NCBI GenBank assembly: GCA_965198065.1
Contig: CBDAON010000003.1
Coordinates: forward strand, 32,001 to 96,000
Length of the DNA stretch: 64,000 bases
Source: Longimicrobiales bacterium
Lineage (GTDB): Bacteria > Gemmatimonadota > Gemmatimonadetes > Longimicrobiales > Gaopeijiaceae
Reading direction: 5' to 3'
The position numbers were made by a program, and so were the translations under genes. Positions 32,534 to 43,970 of the stretch are shown one piece after another; within the stretch, counting starts at the first letter, position 1; each line of letters opens with the position of its first letter. Below the pieces are notes generated by a model, which was not told where the DNA came from, did not search any database, and worked only from the letters and a program-made list of their open reading frames with translations.

Positions 32534-33010
32534 GTGCGGCCTTCCTCAAAAGCAGGAAGCTACCGCGAGCTCCGGAAGTATCTCACGGCCTTCGACTGGA
32601 TCGTGGTCGATTGCCCGCCTTCGGCCGACTCCCCCATCTCGCGGAGTGCGTTGCTCGTCTCTGACCTGGCGCTCGTCCCCATGATCCCCTCCCCCCCCGA
32701 CCTGTGGGCAGGCGTAGCGATCCGGCAAGTCCTGGATGACGTCATGGCAGTCAACGAAACCCTGGTGGCGCGGATCGTTGTGAACCAGCGTAAGCCACAC
32801 ACCCGCCTGGCTGCGCGTGGCGGAAAGCTTCCCGGTCGCCGATCTGCGTCGCCAGGACCGGAATGCCGTAGCGGGGGAGGAGGTCCCGGGTCCGCGCCGG
32901 CCGCGGGGCTCACTGTCGCTGACCTTCCTCGAGCTCGGCCAGCAGCGGCCGAGATTGAGGCGTTCACCGACAAGGTTGTCGCGATCATGAACGGAGATCG
33001 CGGAGCATGA
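32534..33010 (+). pseudogene. ParA-family ATPase, C-terminal fragment
   Basis: FDWIVVDCPP...SDLALVPMIPSPPDL...AAAEIEAF; Walker A is missing. Confidence 0.8.
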
Positions 33011-33399
33011 GCGCGGCCAAGGATCCGCTCGATGGGCTGGCCGACTCGCTGGACGCGGAGGAGGAGGCCGTGGGGCGGCGCTTCCGCGAGGCCGAGCGCT
33101 TCACCCAGGGGCTGCCCCCTGCGGGCGCGTCGGAGGAGACGGAGGCTCCGAGCCCGGCGCCGGTGGCGCGATCTGTGCAGAGCTCGGGCGTCGTCCGTAC
33201 TCAGTTCAGCTTCCCGGTCGAGGATCACAAGCTCATCGAAACGCTCCAGACACGGGGTCTGCGTCAGGGCTTGAGGCTCACCCGAAGCCAGATCGTTCGG
33301 GCAGGCCTCCGAGCCCTCGACGCCATGACTCCAGGGGAGTTCGGCGAGACCGTGGAGCAGAGCGAGCCCTTGAAGCCAGGGCGGAAACCGAGCTCGTGA
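33007..33399 (+). CDS. ParA-associated small DNA-binding protein
   Basis: Coupled to parA; RTQFSFP...RSQIVRAGLRAL RHH-like pattern. Confidence 0.6.
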   Translation: MSAAKDPLDGLADSLDAEEEAVGRRFREAERFTQGLPPAGASEETEAPSPAPVARSVQSSGVVRTQFSFPVEDHKLIETLQTRGLRQGLRLTRSQIVRAGLRALDAMTPGEFGETVEQSEPLKPGRKPSS

Positions 33400-33670
33400 A
33401 GAGCTTCTCAGACGCCAGGTGCCGACGTGGCCAGACTAACCTCTTTCACTCGCGCGTCCCTTGGGGTCCCGCGTGATCTTTCGGGCCGCCATCGCTTGCC
33501 CCTTTCCGTTTCCGGTAACACTTCCATTTCCGCCCTGAACCTCCCGGAACGACCCAGAGAGAGTATGGCAGGAGGGAGACGGCCGTGGATGCCGCGACGC
33601 TAGCGATGCCGAGAAAACCAGCCCCACCAAGCAAGGTGATCCTTCCATCAGCCCTCCAACACTCGCCGGT

Positions 33671-34384
33671 ATGGTAGCCATGCGCCTCCTGCTCGCTCTT
33701 CTGGTATCTCTCGCTGCTGTTGTGCCCGAGTCGGCACGGGCTCAGGATCCAGAGACGGCCCCCCCCTTCGTCGCTGGCGGTCACCTGCTCTTTGCAACTC
33801 CCACTGGGCCGTTTGCCGAGAATGTGGACTTCGGTTTCGGGCTGGGTGGACACGGACGCTACGTGGTGGATGACGGCGGGATCCTGAGCCTCCGGCTCGA
33901 TCTAGGCTTCATCAACTACGGGAACGAGACGATCCGTATCTGTGTCATCCTACCCTGCCGGGTCACCGGGGACCTGACGACCGATAACAACATCTTCCTT
34001 CTCGGAATCGGACCGGAGATCGGGGGAGGCTCAGATTCCATCCGGCTGTATGCCAACGCCTCCATCGGATTCGCCCATTTTTCCACGACTTCTTCCGTAA
34101 ATGGGTCGAATGATGTCGGGAATCCCTTTGCATCGTCTACCAACTTCCAGGATGCCACATTCGCCTGGACGGCAGGGCCCGGCCTGCAGCTCCGGGTGTG
34201 GACAGACGAGCAGGCGTCGGTCTCACTCGATGTGTTCGCCCGATATAACGGGAACGGTGAAGCACGCTACCTCAGGAAGGGAGACATCCAGGACCAGCCC
34301 GACGGGAGCGTCCTCCTGAATCCGCGGCAAAGCGAGACGAACTTCTGGACGATCGGGCTTGGAGTGTCCGCGAGATGGCGGTGA
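33671..34384 (+). CDS. Outer-membrane beta-barrel protein
   Basis: Signal peptide, alternating amphipathic strands, terminal IGLGVSARWR. Confidence 0.75.
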   Translation: MVAMRLLLALLVSLAAVVPESARAQDPETAPPFVAGGHLLFATPTGPFAENVDFGFGLGGHGRYVVDDGGILSLRLDLGFINYGNETIRICVILPCRVTGDLTTDNNIFLLGIGPEIGGGSDSIRLYANASIGFAHFSTTSSVNGSNDVGNPFASSTNFQDATFAWTAGPGLQLRVWTDEQASVSLDVFARYNGNGEARYLRKGDIQDQPDGSVLLNPRQSETNFWTIGLGVSARWR

Positions 34385-34515
34385 GGCATGGAACGAGAAA
34401 CGACGCTTCGGTGTCCCAGCGTTTGCCGTCGAAGCGCCGATCCTGAGGAATAGCTAGGACACGTCAACTGGGATCGGGTAGATACAAGGGAGGTTCACCT
34501 GATCCCCCGTGCGGA

Positions 34516-35355
34516 GTGCAAGGCACCCGCCGAGGAGAGCGATCTGTGGAAAAGAACGTTCGGCCCACCTCTGGCCTGGGCTCTGCAAGGCATCAAATGT
34601 TTTTTGTATTATCGACCTTTCTCATGCTAGGCAGTGGCGGTCCCGCGAGCGCGTCACAGCAACGGCCCCGGAGCGCCCTTTTCGATCGGGCGGGGACTCA
34701 CGCGAGCGTCTTCGTAGGCTACGCTCGGACAGGCAACCGGATCATTGATATCGACGGTTTTGCGAACTGGGGCAATTCCGGTTCGATTCTCGACTATGCG
34801 GATGCTGGACTTGTGGTAGGCACGCTGGTAGGGAAGAAGTTTGATTTTGGCGACGTACCTCTCAGGCTCGAGGTAGACGCTACGTTCGGCAACTTGTCGG
34901 CCAATACGGACCGGCTCGATCCAGAGGGTCTGGACGAGACGGCAGAATCGGAGTTTCGAGGGATCACCACGGCCCGTGCAGGTGTCGAGCAAGCCATCGG
35001 TCCTGCAACGGCATTCGCAACCGTCGGTATTGCGGTCGCCGGGATCGCAAATTCTGTAACCGACATTGATTTCAGACAGGGCGAAATGCCGCGAGTCGAC
35101 CCCGATGATAGCTTTCGTGACAGCGCTTTGAGCATCGGTGGGGTGATCGGGGTTGGTGTCGAAACCCCACTGGCCGATACCTGGACGTTGCGACTCGAAG
35201 GCTTATATCTGGATTTCGACGGGAAGACCCATTTCGTAAACAGATCCGGCGACAACAGATGTGGACCAAGGAGAAATCGAAGGCCTTGCTCCTACAATCT
35301 TGATAACACTCTCAGTACCGTGCGCTTGGCGATAATTCGTAGATTCGGCGGGTAG
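34516..35355 (+). CDS. Outer-membrane beta-barrel protein (Omp25/OmpA-like)
   Basis: GGVIGVGVE...WTLRLEGLYLDF...VRLAIIRRF. Confidence 0.75.
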   Translation: MQGTRRGERSVEKNVRPTSGLGSARHQMFFVLSTFLMLGSGGPASASQQRPRSALFDRAGTHASVFVGYARTGNRIIDIDGFANWGNSGSILDYADAGLVVGTLVGKKFDFGDVPLRLEVDATFGNLSANTDRLDPEGLDETAESEFRGITTARAGVEQAIGPATAFATVGIAVAGIANSVTDIDFRQGEMPRVDPDDSFRDSALSIGGVIGVGVETPLADTWTLRLEGLYLDFDGKTHFVNRSGDNRCGPRRNRRPCSYNLDNTLSTVRLAIIRRFGG

Positions 35356-35494
35356 CGGATATCGTCCTGCTCAAGGAATTACGCCGTCGCAGTGAGAGAC
35401 TTTCGGCGGGTGATTTCGTTAGTTAGGGGTTCCACATCTACTCCCCGATATTGTGCTCCTGCCCCCAGGACAACGGCTCAGGACCGCGCCGTTC

Positions 35495-36822
35495 CCGAGA
35501 CGCCGGAAGGCTCCTACGGTTCGGGTCTAGTCTAGAAATCAAGCTGGCTGATCATGCCCTGATGGGCCTTGCCCGAATGCCTACAGGCGGTCCTCAGCGC
35601 CGCGAGGACCTGATGGAGCCTCCTAGCGGCCGTAGTAGCGAGCGACGGCGCCGCGGCCCGTGAGGCGTCCCCGATCCATCGGGCCGGAGCTCCACGTCTC
35701 CCCACGTGAGGGCGGCGGCTTCGATTCTCGCTATAGCATTCGCCAGTGGCGGCGCATACCCCGCGGTCAGGTCTGGCTGTAGCTAGAAATGATGCTTCAT
35801 TCCAAGACTGACTCCCACAAAGGAAAAACCGTCGGTCGACATCGTACCGTCCACGGGCTCACTGCCATCGCGCCGCAGATTCGGCACATGGCTGCGCAAC
35901 GGATCCCAGACCACGGTACCTGCAAATTCACCCAAGCTCATCCAGCGAGCCCTGAGTCCTACCGACACCGTTTCCGACACCGGGTAATCGAATCCAGCGA
36001 GAATCTGGTAACTGGTCTGTGTATCCCCCATGGTGGCCTGCGCCGAGCTGGACGTGCCGGCTAGATTGCGCGCGATTTGATCGGCGTTGGGCTGGTCTCG
36101 ACCCGTGTCTATGGCCACCGGATCCGTGTTTCTGGACCACACGCTCGCGTAGTCTGCATTCGTTCTCCCAATCCCCATACCCAACCCCACGAACGGCGTG
36201 AAGCCCCCGGCCACGCCAGGCAGGTCCAGGTACACGTTGCCCATCAGGCTCTTCGATTCGACGAGACCCAACCACTCCTGCGCCAAGAACAGTTCGTCGC
36301 TCAGCTTGTCGGCATTGACCCCCTGGGCGGCGAGCACCCCGGACCGCTGGGAGTAGTTGGAGCTCCTCATCACGTACTCTACCTCTGCCCGCACCATGCC
36401 GTGCAACCGGTATCCCATCACAGCGCTCATCGCAACGCCACCGGCTCTATCGAACGGCACACTCCAACTGTCTCCCACGCCACGTGCCGCGTCGGTGCAG
36501 CCAGGTACGGACGCATATAGCGGGTTGATGAACTCATCGCAGATGCTGGCGCGATCATTGCTGTCACCCGTCATGGTCACCGCAGACGATAAGAGAGTTC
36601 CTAGTTCTGCGCCCACATAGAACCGTCGCTCGCCTTGTGCCAGAGCGGGCGTGGCCATGGGAAAGAGCACGGTACAAGTCACGATGAGAGAATACAGACA
36701 GCGGCTTCGTATCATGATGTTTTAGTCCCCTGACAAGGTTGTGCTGAAAAACGAAAGTGTTGCAGTCCGTCCCTTCTCTCAGACCCCCAACAACACGAGC
36801 CATTTGTCCAGATCGCAATTAG
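35495..36822. repeat. 1328-bp direct repeat, second copy at 47093-48420
   Basis: Apparently identical sequence and identical ORF sets at an offset of 11598. Confidence 0.95.
35783..36715 (-). CDS. Opacity/Msp2-like outer-membrane beta-barrel protein (copy 1)
   Basis: Signal peptide; FYVGAELG, VRAEVEY, LMGNVYLD, PFVGLGMG, YQILAGFDY; C-terminal Phe. Confidence 0.8.
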   Translation of the reverse strand: MIRSRCLYSLIVTCTVLFPMATPALAQGERRFYVGAELGTLLSSAVTMTGDSNDRASICDEFINPLYASVPGCTDAARGVGDSWSVPFDRAGGVAMSAVMGYRLHGMVRAEVEYVMRSSNYSQRSGVLAAQGVNADKLSDELFLAQEWLGLVESKSLMGNVYLDLPGVAGGFTPFVGLGMGIGRTNADYASVWSRNTDPVAIDTGRDQPNADQIARNLAGTSSSAQATMGDTQTSYQILAGFDYPVSETVSVGLRARWMSLGEFAGTVVWDPLRSHVPNLRRDGSEPVDGTMSTDGFSFVGVSLGMKHHF

Positions 36823-36979
36823 TTGGCGGCGAATTCAGTCCTCAGAATGTCGATATACTGTTGGCCGATCAAGTCCCGGAGCTCCTGTAAACACGACACG
36901 GAACAGGACGACTCATGCGACCTTCGTGTTCTTCGAGGACGCGCGTCTCGGTTTCGACGCGTTCCTGGGCCAGCTCTGG

Positions 36980-38247
36980 TGACGTGACCCCCTGAAACGA
37001 GACCAGGGCGGATGTTAGGATCCGGGCACTTGGTCCCAGCTAGAGGGAGGTCAGCATGGGCAGGAGGAGGCATACCCCGGAGCAGATCATCACGGCACTT
37101 CGGGAGGCGGAAGTTGCACTAGCGAACGGGAAGACGGTGGGCGAGGTGGGGCGCCAGCTGGGGTCAGCGAGCAGACGTACTACCGGTGGCGGAAGGAGTT
37201 CGGGGGGATGAAGGTGGACCAGGCACGCCACGTGAAAGAGCTCGAGCAGGAGAACGGGCGCCTGAAGCGAGCGGTGGCGAACCTGACGCTGGACAAGCTG
37301 ATCCTGGAGGAAGCGGCGAAGGGAAACTTCTGAGCCCCGAGCGAAGACGCAGGGCGGTGGTGCATGTACGTCAGCAGCTCGGGGCGTCGGAGAGGAGAGC
37401 GTGCCGGGTGCTCGGGCAGCCACGCACGACCCAGCGCCGGGCGAGGAGAGTGGCGAGTGACGAGGGGGCGCTCCGAGGTGATATCGTGCGACTCGCGAGT
37501 CGATTCGGCCGCTACGGCTAGCGACGCGTCACGGACACGCTCCGCATCGAGGGCTGGGGGGTGAAGCACAAGCGGGTGGAGCGGATCTGGAGGCAGGAGG
37601 GGCTGAAGGTCCCGGAGCGGCAGCCGAAGCGAGGTCGGCTGTGGCTCAACGACGGATCGTGCATCCGGCTGAGGCCGCTGTATCGGGGCCACGTCTGGTC
37701 GTACGACTTCGTGGCCTCGAGGACGCACGACGGGCGTGCGCTGAAGCTGCTGACAGTGCTGGACGAGCACACGAGGGAGTGCCTGGCGATCGTGGTGGCT
37801 CGCAAGATCCGCTCGCACGACGTGCTCGAGGTGCTGGACGATCTGTTCGTCCGACACGGGCCCTCCCGAGTATCTGAGGTCGGACAACGGACCGGAGTTC
37901 ACCGCGAAGCCCGTGCGGCGGTGGTTGGGGCGCGTGGGCGTCGAGACGCTCTTTATCGAGCCGGGCAGCCCGTGGGAGAACGGCTACAACGAGAGCTTCA
38001 ACGGCAAGCTCAGGGACGAGCTGTTGAACGGGGAGATCTTCTGCTCGTTGGCGGAGGCGGCCGTGCTGGTCGAGCAATGGAGGCGCGAGTACGATACCGT
38101 CCGACCCCACAGCGCCTGCGGCGGCTTTCCCCCGGCCCCTGAGGCGATTAAGCCGTCGCCCTGGTTCCTGAGGATGCCCGTCCTTCACCGCCCTCCACAG
38201 GTGCTGGGACTAACATAGGTTGTGGTACCGCTCTTCGGGGCAGGTCA
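36980..38247 (+). mobile_element. IS3-family element, full length but degenerate
   Basis: TG...CA ends; orfA ...AAKGNF; orfB WSYDF...PWENGYNESFNGKLRDE; frameshifts and a TAG at 37519. Confidence 0.9.
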
Positions 38248-38939
38248 AGACGCGGCGCGGTCTGCAGCTTCACCCGGCCGGGCCCAGTAAGCGCCGCCAT
38301 CCACCCCAGCCCCGAGCGGCGGAGAGTTACGCCGCCTCCGCGGGCAAGGCGGAGCTCGTATTCGGCCGTCGCCTCGAAACACACCACCGCGGCTACGGGT
38401 GTTTCCAGTTCCTCGCCGTCCGCGAGCTCGGGGTTCCGACAGTTATCGTAAGTAATCGGGGACCGGCAACCGACTGCCACCGGTCATGGACATCGAGCTG
38501 CTGTTTCTCGACGATCTGCGCTCCGAATTCGAACGGGTGCCCCCGGCCTTGGAGATCGAGCAGTTGCTGTCGGGTGGAGGGGAGGATGTGAACGGAGCGG
38601 AGCTGTTGGGTCGGCTCGCCCAGCGGGCCGCCCGGCATTTGATCCAGCAGGCGTTGTGCGCTGCCGCGCTCCCGGGAGCCACCGGAGAGCTTCGGGGACT
38701 TCGGCCTCGGGGACCTTCGGGGCAGGCGCGACCTTCGGCCCGAAAATGCGATAGGTGCCGGTGCGGGTCTGTTACCATCGACAGTTGCTCCGACGGTGCT
38801 ACTTTCGACTTCGACATAGTGTGGGCTCCTCACCCTCGTGGGTGGGTCATCTTGCAAGGACGACCCAGGGTAGCCTGCGCCATGTCGCGTTTACTGGAAA
38901 ACTTTGGACATCGCCCCAGCGGCGATGCGGTGCTAGATC

Positions 38940-40904
38940 GTGGTCCGCTGTCCACTGAGTCGGGAAGGCTTTATGCATCGTGCGAGACTGCTTGCTCCAG
39001 TGCTCTTGTTCGTCGCCGGGTGCGGCGACGGTGGAAGTCAGACGCCCACCAGCCCTCCCGCACCGCCCACGAACCGGGCGCCGACAGCGTCGACCACGAT
39101 TGCAGGCCAGAGCGTGGAGGAGGGAGCACAGGTGACGGTAGACATCTCCGGGGCGTTTTCCGATCCCGATGGGGACGCCCTCAGATACGGGGCCGCCTCG
39201 GACGCCTCGAGCGTTGCCACGGCGAGCGTCTCCGGAAGCGATCTCAAGGTGATCGGCGAGGCTCCGGGGAGCGCGACCATCACGGTGACGGCGACCGATC
39301 CCGGCGGCCTCAGCGCCACCCAGACCTTCGAGGTCACCGTCAACAGCGCCAACCGGGCGCCTACGGTGTCGGGTGCGATTCCGGACCAGGTCTTGGTAGA
39401 GAACACGGAGGCACCGGTAGACATTTCCGGGGCCTTCTCCGATCCCGATGGGGACGCCCTCAGATACGGGGCCACGTCGGACGCCTCAAGCGTTGCCACG
39501 GCGAGCGTCTCCGGAAGCGATCTCAAGGTGATCGGCGAGGCTCCGGGGAGCGCGACCATCACGGTGACGGCGACCGATCCCGGCGGCCTCAGCGCCACCC
39601 AGACCTTCGAGGTCACCGTCAACAGCGCCAACCGGGCGCCTACGGTGTCGGGTGCGATTCCGGACCAGGTCTTGGTAGAGAACACGGAGGCACCGGTAGA
39701 CATTTCCGGGGCCTTCTCCGATCCCGATGGGGACGCCCTCAGATACGGGGCCACGTCGGACGCCTCAAGCGTTGCCACGGCGAGCGTCTCCGGAAGCGAT
39801 CTCAAGGTGATCGGCGAGGCTCCGGGGAGCGCGACCATCACGGTGACGGCGACCGATCCCGGCGGCCTCAGCGCCACCCAGACCTTCGAGGTCACCGTAG
39901 AAGCGGGCAGCGGTGGAGCGGACCTCGACGCCCTTTTTGCCCCGCCCACGGCGGATGAGATCACACAGGTAAAGGAGGAATGGGATACCCGAACCCCCGA
40001 AGTCAGCGGGGTTCGCCCTGAACTGGACTCTGAGGTTCCCGCGGGATTGGGATCCGTCAGGGTCCGGATCCTTTCTCACACCGTTGGTGGGCTCAGGCAT
40101 TACGGGGCCGTGGTGACTCCGGTGGGCGCGGAACCCGGCTCGCTTCCCGTTATCCTCTACGCCCACGGCGGGGACGGCGGCGTGGAGATCGAGGATACGT
40201 TCTTGCTGAATCAGATCCTTCAGCTCCAGGGTCTGAGTGCGGCCTTGGTAATACCGTCGTATCGGTCGGAGCCCCTCCGGCTCGGGGACCAGGTGTTCCT
40301 TTCCGAAGGTCCGCCTAGCCCCTGGGACCGGGACGTCGACGATACCATCTCACTCCTTTCCGTCGCACTCGAGCAGGCGCCGGAGCTCGACGAGGAGAGG
40401 GTGGCCATCGTGGGGTTCAGCCGGGGGGGCGGTGTGGGTCTCCTGACGGCTGCGCGCGATCCGAGGATCGACGCTGTTGTCGAGTTCTTCGGCCCGACGG
40501 ACCTGTTCGATGAATATGCACGTGAGATCTTCGAGGAGGCCCTCGACGGCGAGCCGCGGGATCTCCCCGGTCTCGATTACCTCAATGAGATCCTCGTCTT
40601 GCCCTGGAAGATGGGTGTTCTCTCCGATGCAGAGGCTCGGCTCGAGCTCGTCCGCCGTTCCGGAGTGTACTTCGTGGATCGGCTCCCGCCGGTCCAACTA
40701 CACCACGGGACAGAGGACACGGTCGTGGCCGTCAGCCAGGCCTACCGGTTGATCGAGGCGATGAAGGCGGCGGGAAAGACAGATCAGGACTTTGAGCCGT
40801 ACATCTATGCTGGTGCTGGCCATGACATCACCGCCCTTATAGGGGCAGGGGCTCACACGCGCGCGATCGAGTTCCTTCGTCCCTTCCTCTTCGAGCTCCC
40901 GTAG
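38940..40904 (+). CDS. Lipoprotein with three Ig-like repeats and an S9/alpha-beta hydrolase domain (start probably 38973)
   Basis: Lipobox VAGC; 3 x 93-aa NRAP...FSDPDGDAL...ATDPGGLSATQTFEVTV; GFSRGG, HGTEDTVV, GAGH triad. Confidence 0.88.
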   Translation: MVRCPLSREGFMHRARLLAPVLLFVAGCGDGGSQTPTSPPAPPTNRAPTASTTIAGQSVEEGAQVTVDISGAFSDPDGDALRYGAASDASSVATASVSGSDLKVIGEAPGSATITVTATDPGGLSATQTFEVTVNSANRAPTVSGAIPDQVLVENTEAPVDISGAFSDPDGDALRYGATSDASSVATASVSGSDLKVIGEAPGSATITVTATDPGGLSATQTFEVTVNSANRAPTVSGAIPDQVLVENTEAPVDISGAFSDPDGDALRYGATSDASSVATASVSGSDLKVIGEAPGSATITVTATDPGGLSATQTFEVTVEAGSGGADLDALFAPPTADEITQVKEEWDTRTPEVSGVRPELDSEVPAGLGSVRVRILSHTVGGLRHYGAVVTPVGAEPGSLPVILYAHGGDGGVEIEDTFLLNQILQLQGLSAALVIPSYRSEPLRLGDQVFLSEGPPSPWDRDVDDTISLLSVALEQAPELDEERVAIVGFSRGGGVGLLTAARDPRIDAVVEFFGPTDLFDEYAREIFEEALDGEPRDLPGLDYLNEILVLPWKMGVLSDAEARLELVRRSGVYFVDRLPPVQLHHGTEDTVVAVSQAYRLIEAMKAAGKTDQDFEPYIYAGAGHDITALIGAGAHTRAIEFLRPFLFELP

Positions 40905-41045
40905 GCCGCATGGATGAGACCAGCAGCGGGTGGCGCCAAGCGCCACTGCTGCAGACGGGCTAGTGGTATCCTCACCCTGGCGCCAAGGTGCTGGCCGAGT
41001 CCACGACCCCGGACCATCGAACCTGAGAGCAGCGCGCCAGGAACA

Positions 41046-41346
41046 CTAGTGAACGCCGGCGGCGTGACGATCAGCTACTACGAGTGGGTACAGAACAACG
41101 AGAACGAGCAGTGGGATGAAGACGAACTGAACGGCAAGCTCAAGCGGATCATGACCAGGGCCTTTCAACCACGTCATCGAAAAGCAGACCGAGATCAATG
41201 CCTCCTTGGTGGCATTGGAGACTGAGCGGCAGCGCCTGGGTCGTGGAGACGATCCATTGGACCCGGTCGATCTACGGACTGCAGCGTTAGTTGTGGCTGT
41301 CAAGAGGGTGGCGCGGGTGGTGCTCGATCGAGGGGTCTGGCCGTAG
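41046..41346 (+). pseudogene. Glu/Leu/Phe/Val dehydrogenase, C-terminal remnant
   Basis: LVNAGGVTISYYEWVQN...DLRTAALVVAVKRV...RGVWP*. Confidence 0.85.
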
Positions 41347-41770
41347 ACGATAGTCCGGAAGCACCAGGCTTTCCAGGTCACCGCTTCGACGCTCTGAAGG
41401 CGGTGAGCGGCGAGTGAGTCAGGAAGTCGTCCCAGTAGGGGGTCGTCCTGCGGACCTCCGGGACCGCCGTCCCTGGGCTATACGGCCCCGACTATGGCCC
41501 GGTTACGCTCCCACAAGGCTGCTGTCCCGTGTGAGACGCTCCCGTAATGGCACTAATCATAAGCAACCTAGGACCGTCAACCGCTTGCTGTCGGTCATGG
41601 ACATCGAACCGCTTGCGGCACGTCACCCGCAACATCGTGGAGCGGATCTCGGTCCAGGTCCGAATCGCCGATGGGCTCGTGGGCCGCTTCACTCGGGCGA
41701 GAGCTCTCAGAGATCCGGAGGGGGAGCCAGGATGTCGTCCACGGTCGCGACAGTCCTTGCCCCGTATTCA

Positions 41771-42394
41771 TCAGAAGCTGAACATCCCCGCGTCTGACTC
41801 TGTGAATTGAGCGCCACATGCCTGCCCGGTGAGGGTCGAAGTGAACCCGGATGGGCCGATCTCCGCCTCTATGTCCAGATCCATCCGGCAGGATCCGCTC
41901 CGACCGTCGTCCGTGGCCCAGCGAACCGTACCATCCACCTCGCCGCTCAAGGCGAACCCAAGGTCGCCCATGATGGACAGTGCGAGACTTATGGCCAGGT
42001 TGGGCGCGCCGTTCAGGGTGAGCGCGAGCCCGGTATCCTCGGGCGTGACCACGCAGTCCGAGTGTATCATGGTCATCGACAGGGACACGGAAACGTCTTC
42101 GTCGCTGTCTGGATCTCCCATGAGCTCGGCCTGTAGGTTGTTCACAGTCACCGTTCCACCCATCAAGCAGGGCGCAGTGAACTCTTCCTGTCTGAGGCTC
42201 TCGGGGTCTAGGATCTCGCCCTCAAGATCCGAGTTCTCGTTGATGACTTCAAATCCCGGGCTCGTCGCCGCCTTCACGAGCGCGAGCGCCTCCTCCCGGG
42301 TCAGTGAGTCTTCGTCGGGCCCCGTCGAGTCGTCACCGCATGCGACCAGGCCGATCGCAGAGCCCAGAACCAACCCCGCCAAAACAAGCCGCAT
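41771..42394 (-). CDS. Hypothetical lipoprotein
   Basis: GAGGAGG RBS; lipobox LVAC-GDDSTGP. Confidence 0.8.
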   Translation of the reverse strand: MRLVLAGLVLGSAIGLVACGDDSTGPDEDSLTREEALALVKAATSPGFEVINENSDLEGEILDPESLRQEEFTAPCLMGGTVTVNNLQAELMGDPDSDEDVSVSLSMTMIHSDCVVTPEDTGLALTLNGAPNLAISLALSIMGDLGFALSGEVDGTVRWATDDGRSGSCRMDLDIEAEIGPSGFTSTLTGQACGAQFTESDAGMFSF

Positions 42395-42561
42395 GAAATG
42401 CCTCCTCTGGTCATATGCCCTTATGACCTTATAGGCAGCGTGCATATCGTCCCTATCATTCCTACCGTCCCTATCGTTCATATCGTTTATACCGTTTCCA
42501 GTCAATCCGTATGTGCTTACGAGTATTTTACTTAGGTGATCGGCCCGAGCTGTCGTCACGC

Positions 42562-43970
42562 TGACCTGCCCCCAAAAGCGGTACCACCTAGAGTGTTAGT
42601 CCAAGCACCTCCTTTTGGCTGGGGGGTGGTCCAAGAAGCAGAGGTAGGTTGAGCAGCTTTGGGTCTGGCCGGATCGCTTCGGGGGCCGGGGGTCGATAAC
42701 CCAGAGAGCTGTGCGGTCGATGCGTGTTGTATTCGCGCCGCCACTGCTCGATCAGCACCTTCGCCTCCTCCAGCGAATGGAAGATTTCGCGCTTCAGCAG
42801 CTCGTTTCGGAGCGTGCCGTTAAAGCTCTCATTGTAGCCGTTCTCCCACGGGCTGCCCGGCTCGATGAACAGCGTCTTCACGCCTAGCTCACCGAGCCAC
42901 TGCCGAACCACTCGGGCCGTGAACTCCGGACCGTTGTCGGAGCGAAGATTCGCCGGTGGACCGTGCTCGGCAAACAGCTCGCTCAGCGTCTGCAGAACAT
43001 CGTCCGCCTGAAGCCTGCGAGTCACCACGATCGCCAGGCACTCCCGGCTGTACTCATCCAGCACCGTCAGCATCTTGAGCGGCCGTCCATCATGCGTCCT
43101 GCCCCCAAAAGCGGTACCACCTAGAGTGTTAGTCCAAGCACCTCCTTTTGGCTGGGGGGTGGTCCAAGAAGCAGAGGTAGGTTGAGCAGCTTTGGGTCTG
43201 GCCGGATCGCTTCGGGGGCCGGGGGTCGATAACCCAGAGAGCTGTGCGGTCGATGCGTGTTGTATTCGCGCCGCCACTGCTCGATCAGCACCTTCGCCTC
43301 CTCCAGCGAATGGAAGATTTCGCGCTTCAGCAGCTCGTTTCGGAGCGTGCCGTTAAAGCTCTCATTGTAGCCGTTCTCCCACGGGCTGCCCGGCTCGATG
43401 AACAGCGTCTTCACGCCTAGCTCACCGAGCCACTGCCGAACCACTCGGGCCGTGAACTCCGGACCGTTGTCGGAGCGAAGATTCGCCGGTGGACCGTGCT
43501 CGGCAAACAGCTCGCTCAGCGTCTGCAGAACATCGTCCGCCTGAAGCCTGCGAGTCACCACGATCGCCAGGCACTCCCGGCTGTACTCATCCAGCACCGT
43601 CAGCATCTTGAGCGGCCGTCCATCATGCGTCCGGTCCGCCACGAAGTCATACGCCCATACATGGTGTCGGTACAGGGGCCGCAGTCGGATACAAGAACCG
43701 TCGGTCAGCCACAGCCTTCCCTCGTTTCGGCTGCTTACTTGGCACCTTGAGCCCCTCCTGTCTCCAGATCCGCTCCACCCGCTTGTGGTTCACGGCCCAG
43801 CCCTCCGTCCTCAGCATCCCCGTCACCATCCGGTACCCGTAGCGCCCGAACCTGCGAGCCACCTTCACCACGTCCTCTCTCAGCGCCTCCTCATCTTCGC
43901 TTCGCTTCGGTATCCGACGCTGCGTCGAGCGTGCCTGGCCCAACACCCGGCACGCCTTGCGCTCACTCAC
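42562..43970 (-). mobile_element. IS3-family orfB and right end, with a 533-bp tandem duplication of the 3' part
   Basis: LRSDNGPEF, PWENGYNESFNG; 42565-43097 is repeated at 43098-43630. Confidence 0.9.

Noticed and set aside
39072..39900. CRISPR array or integron cassette array
   Set aside because: The repeats are in-frame protein domains without spacers; no cas, intI or attC features were seen in the window.
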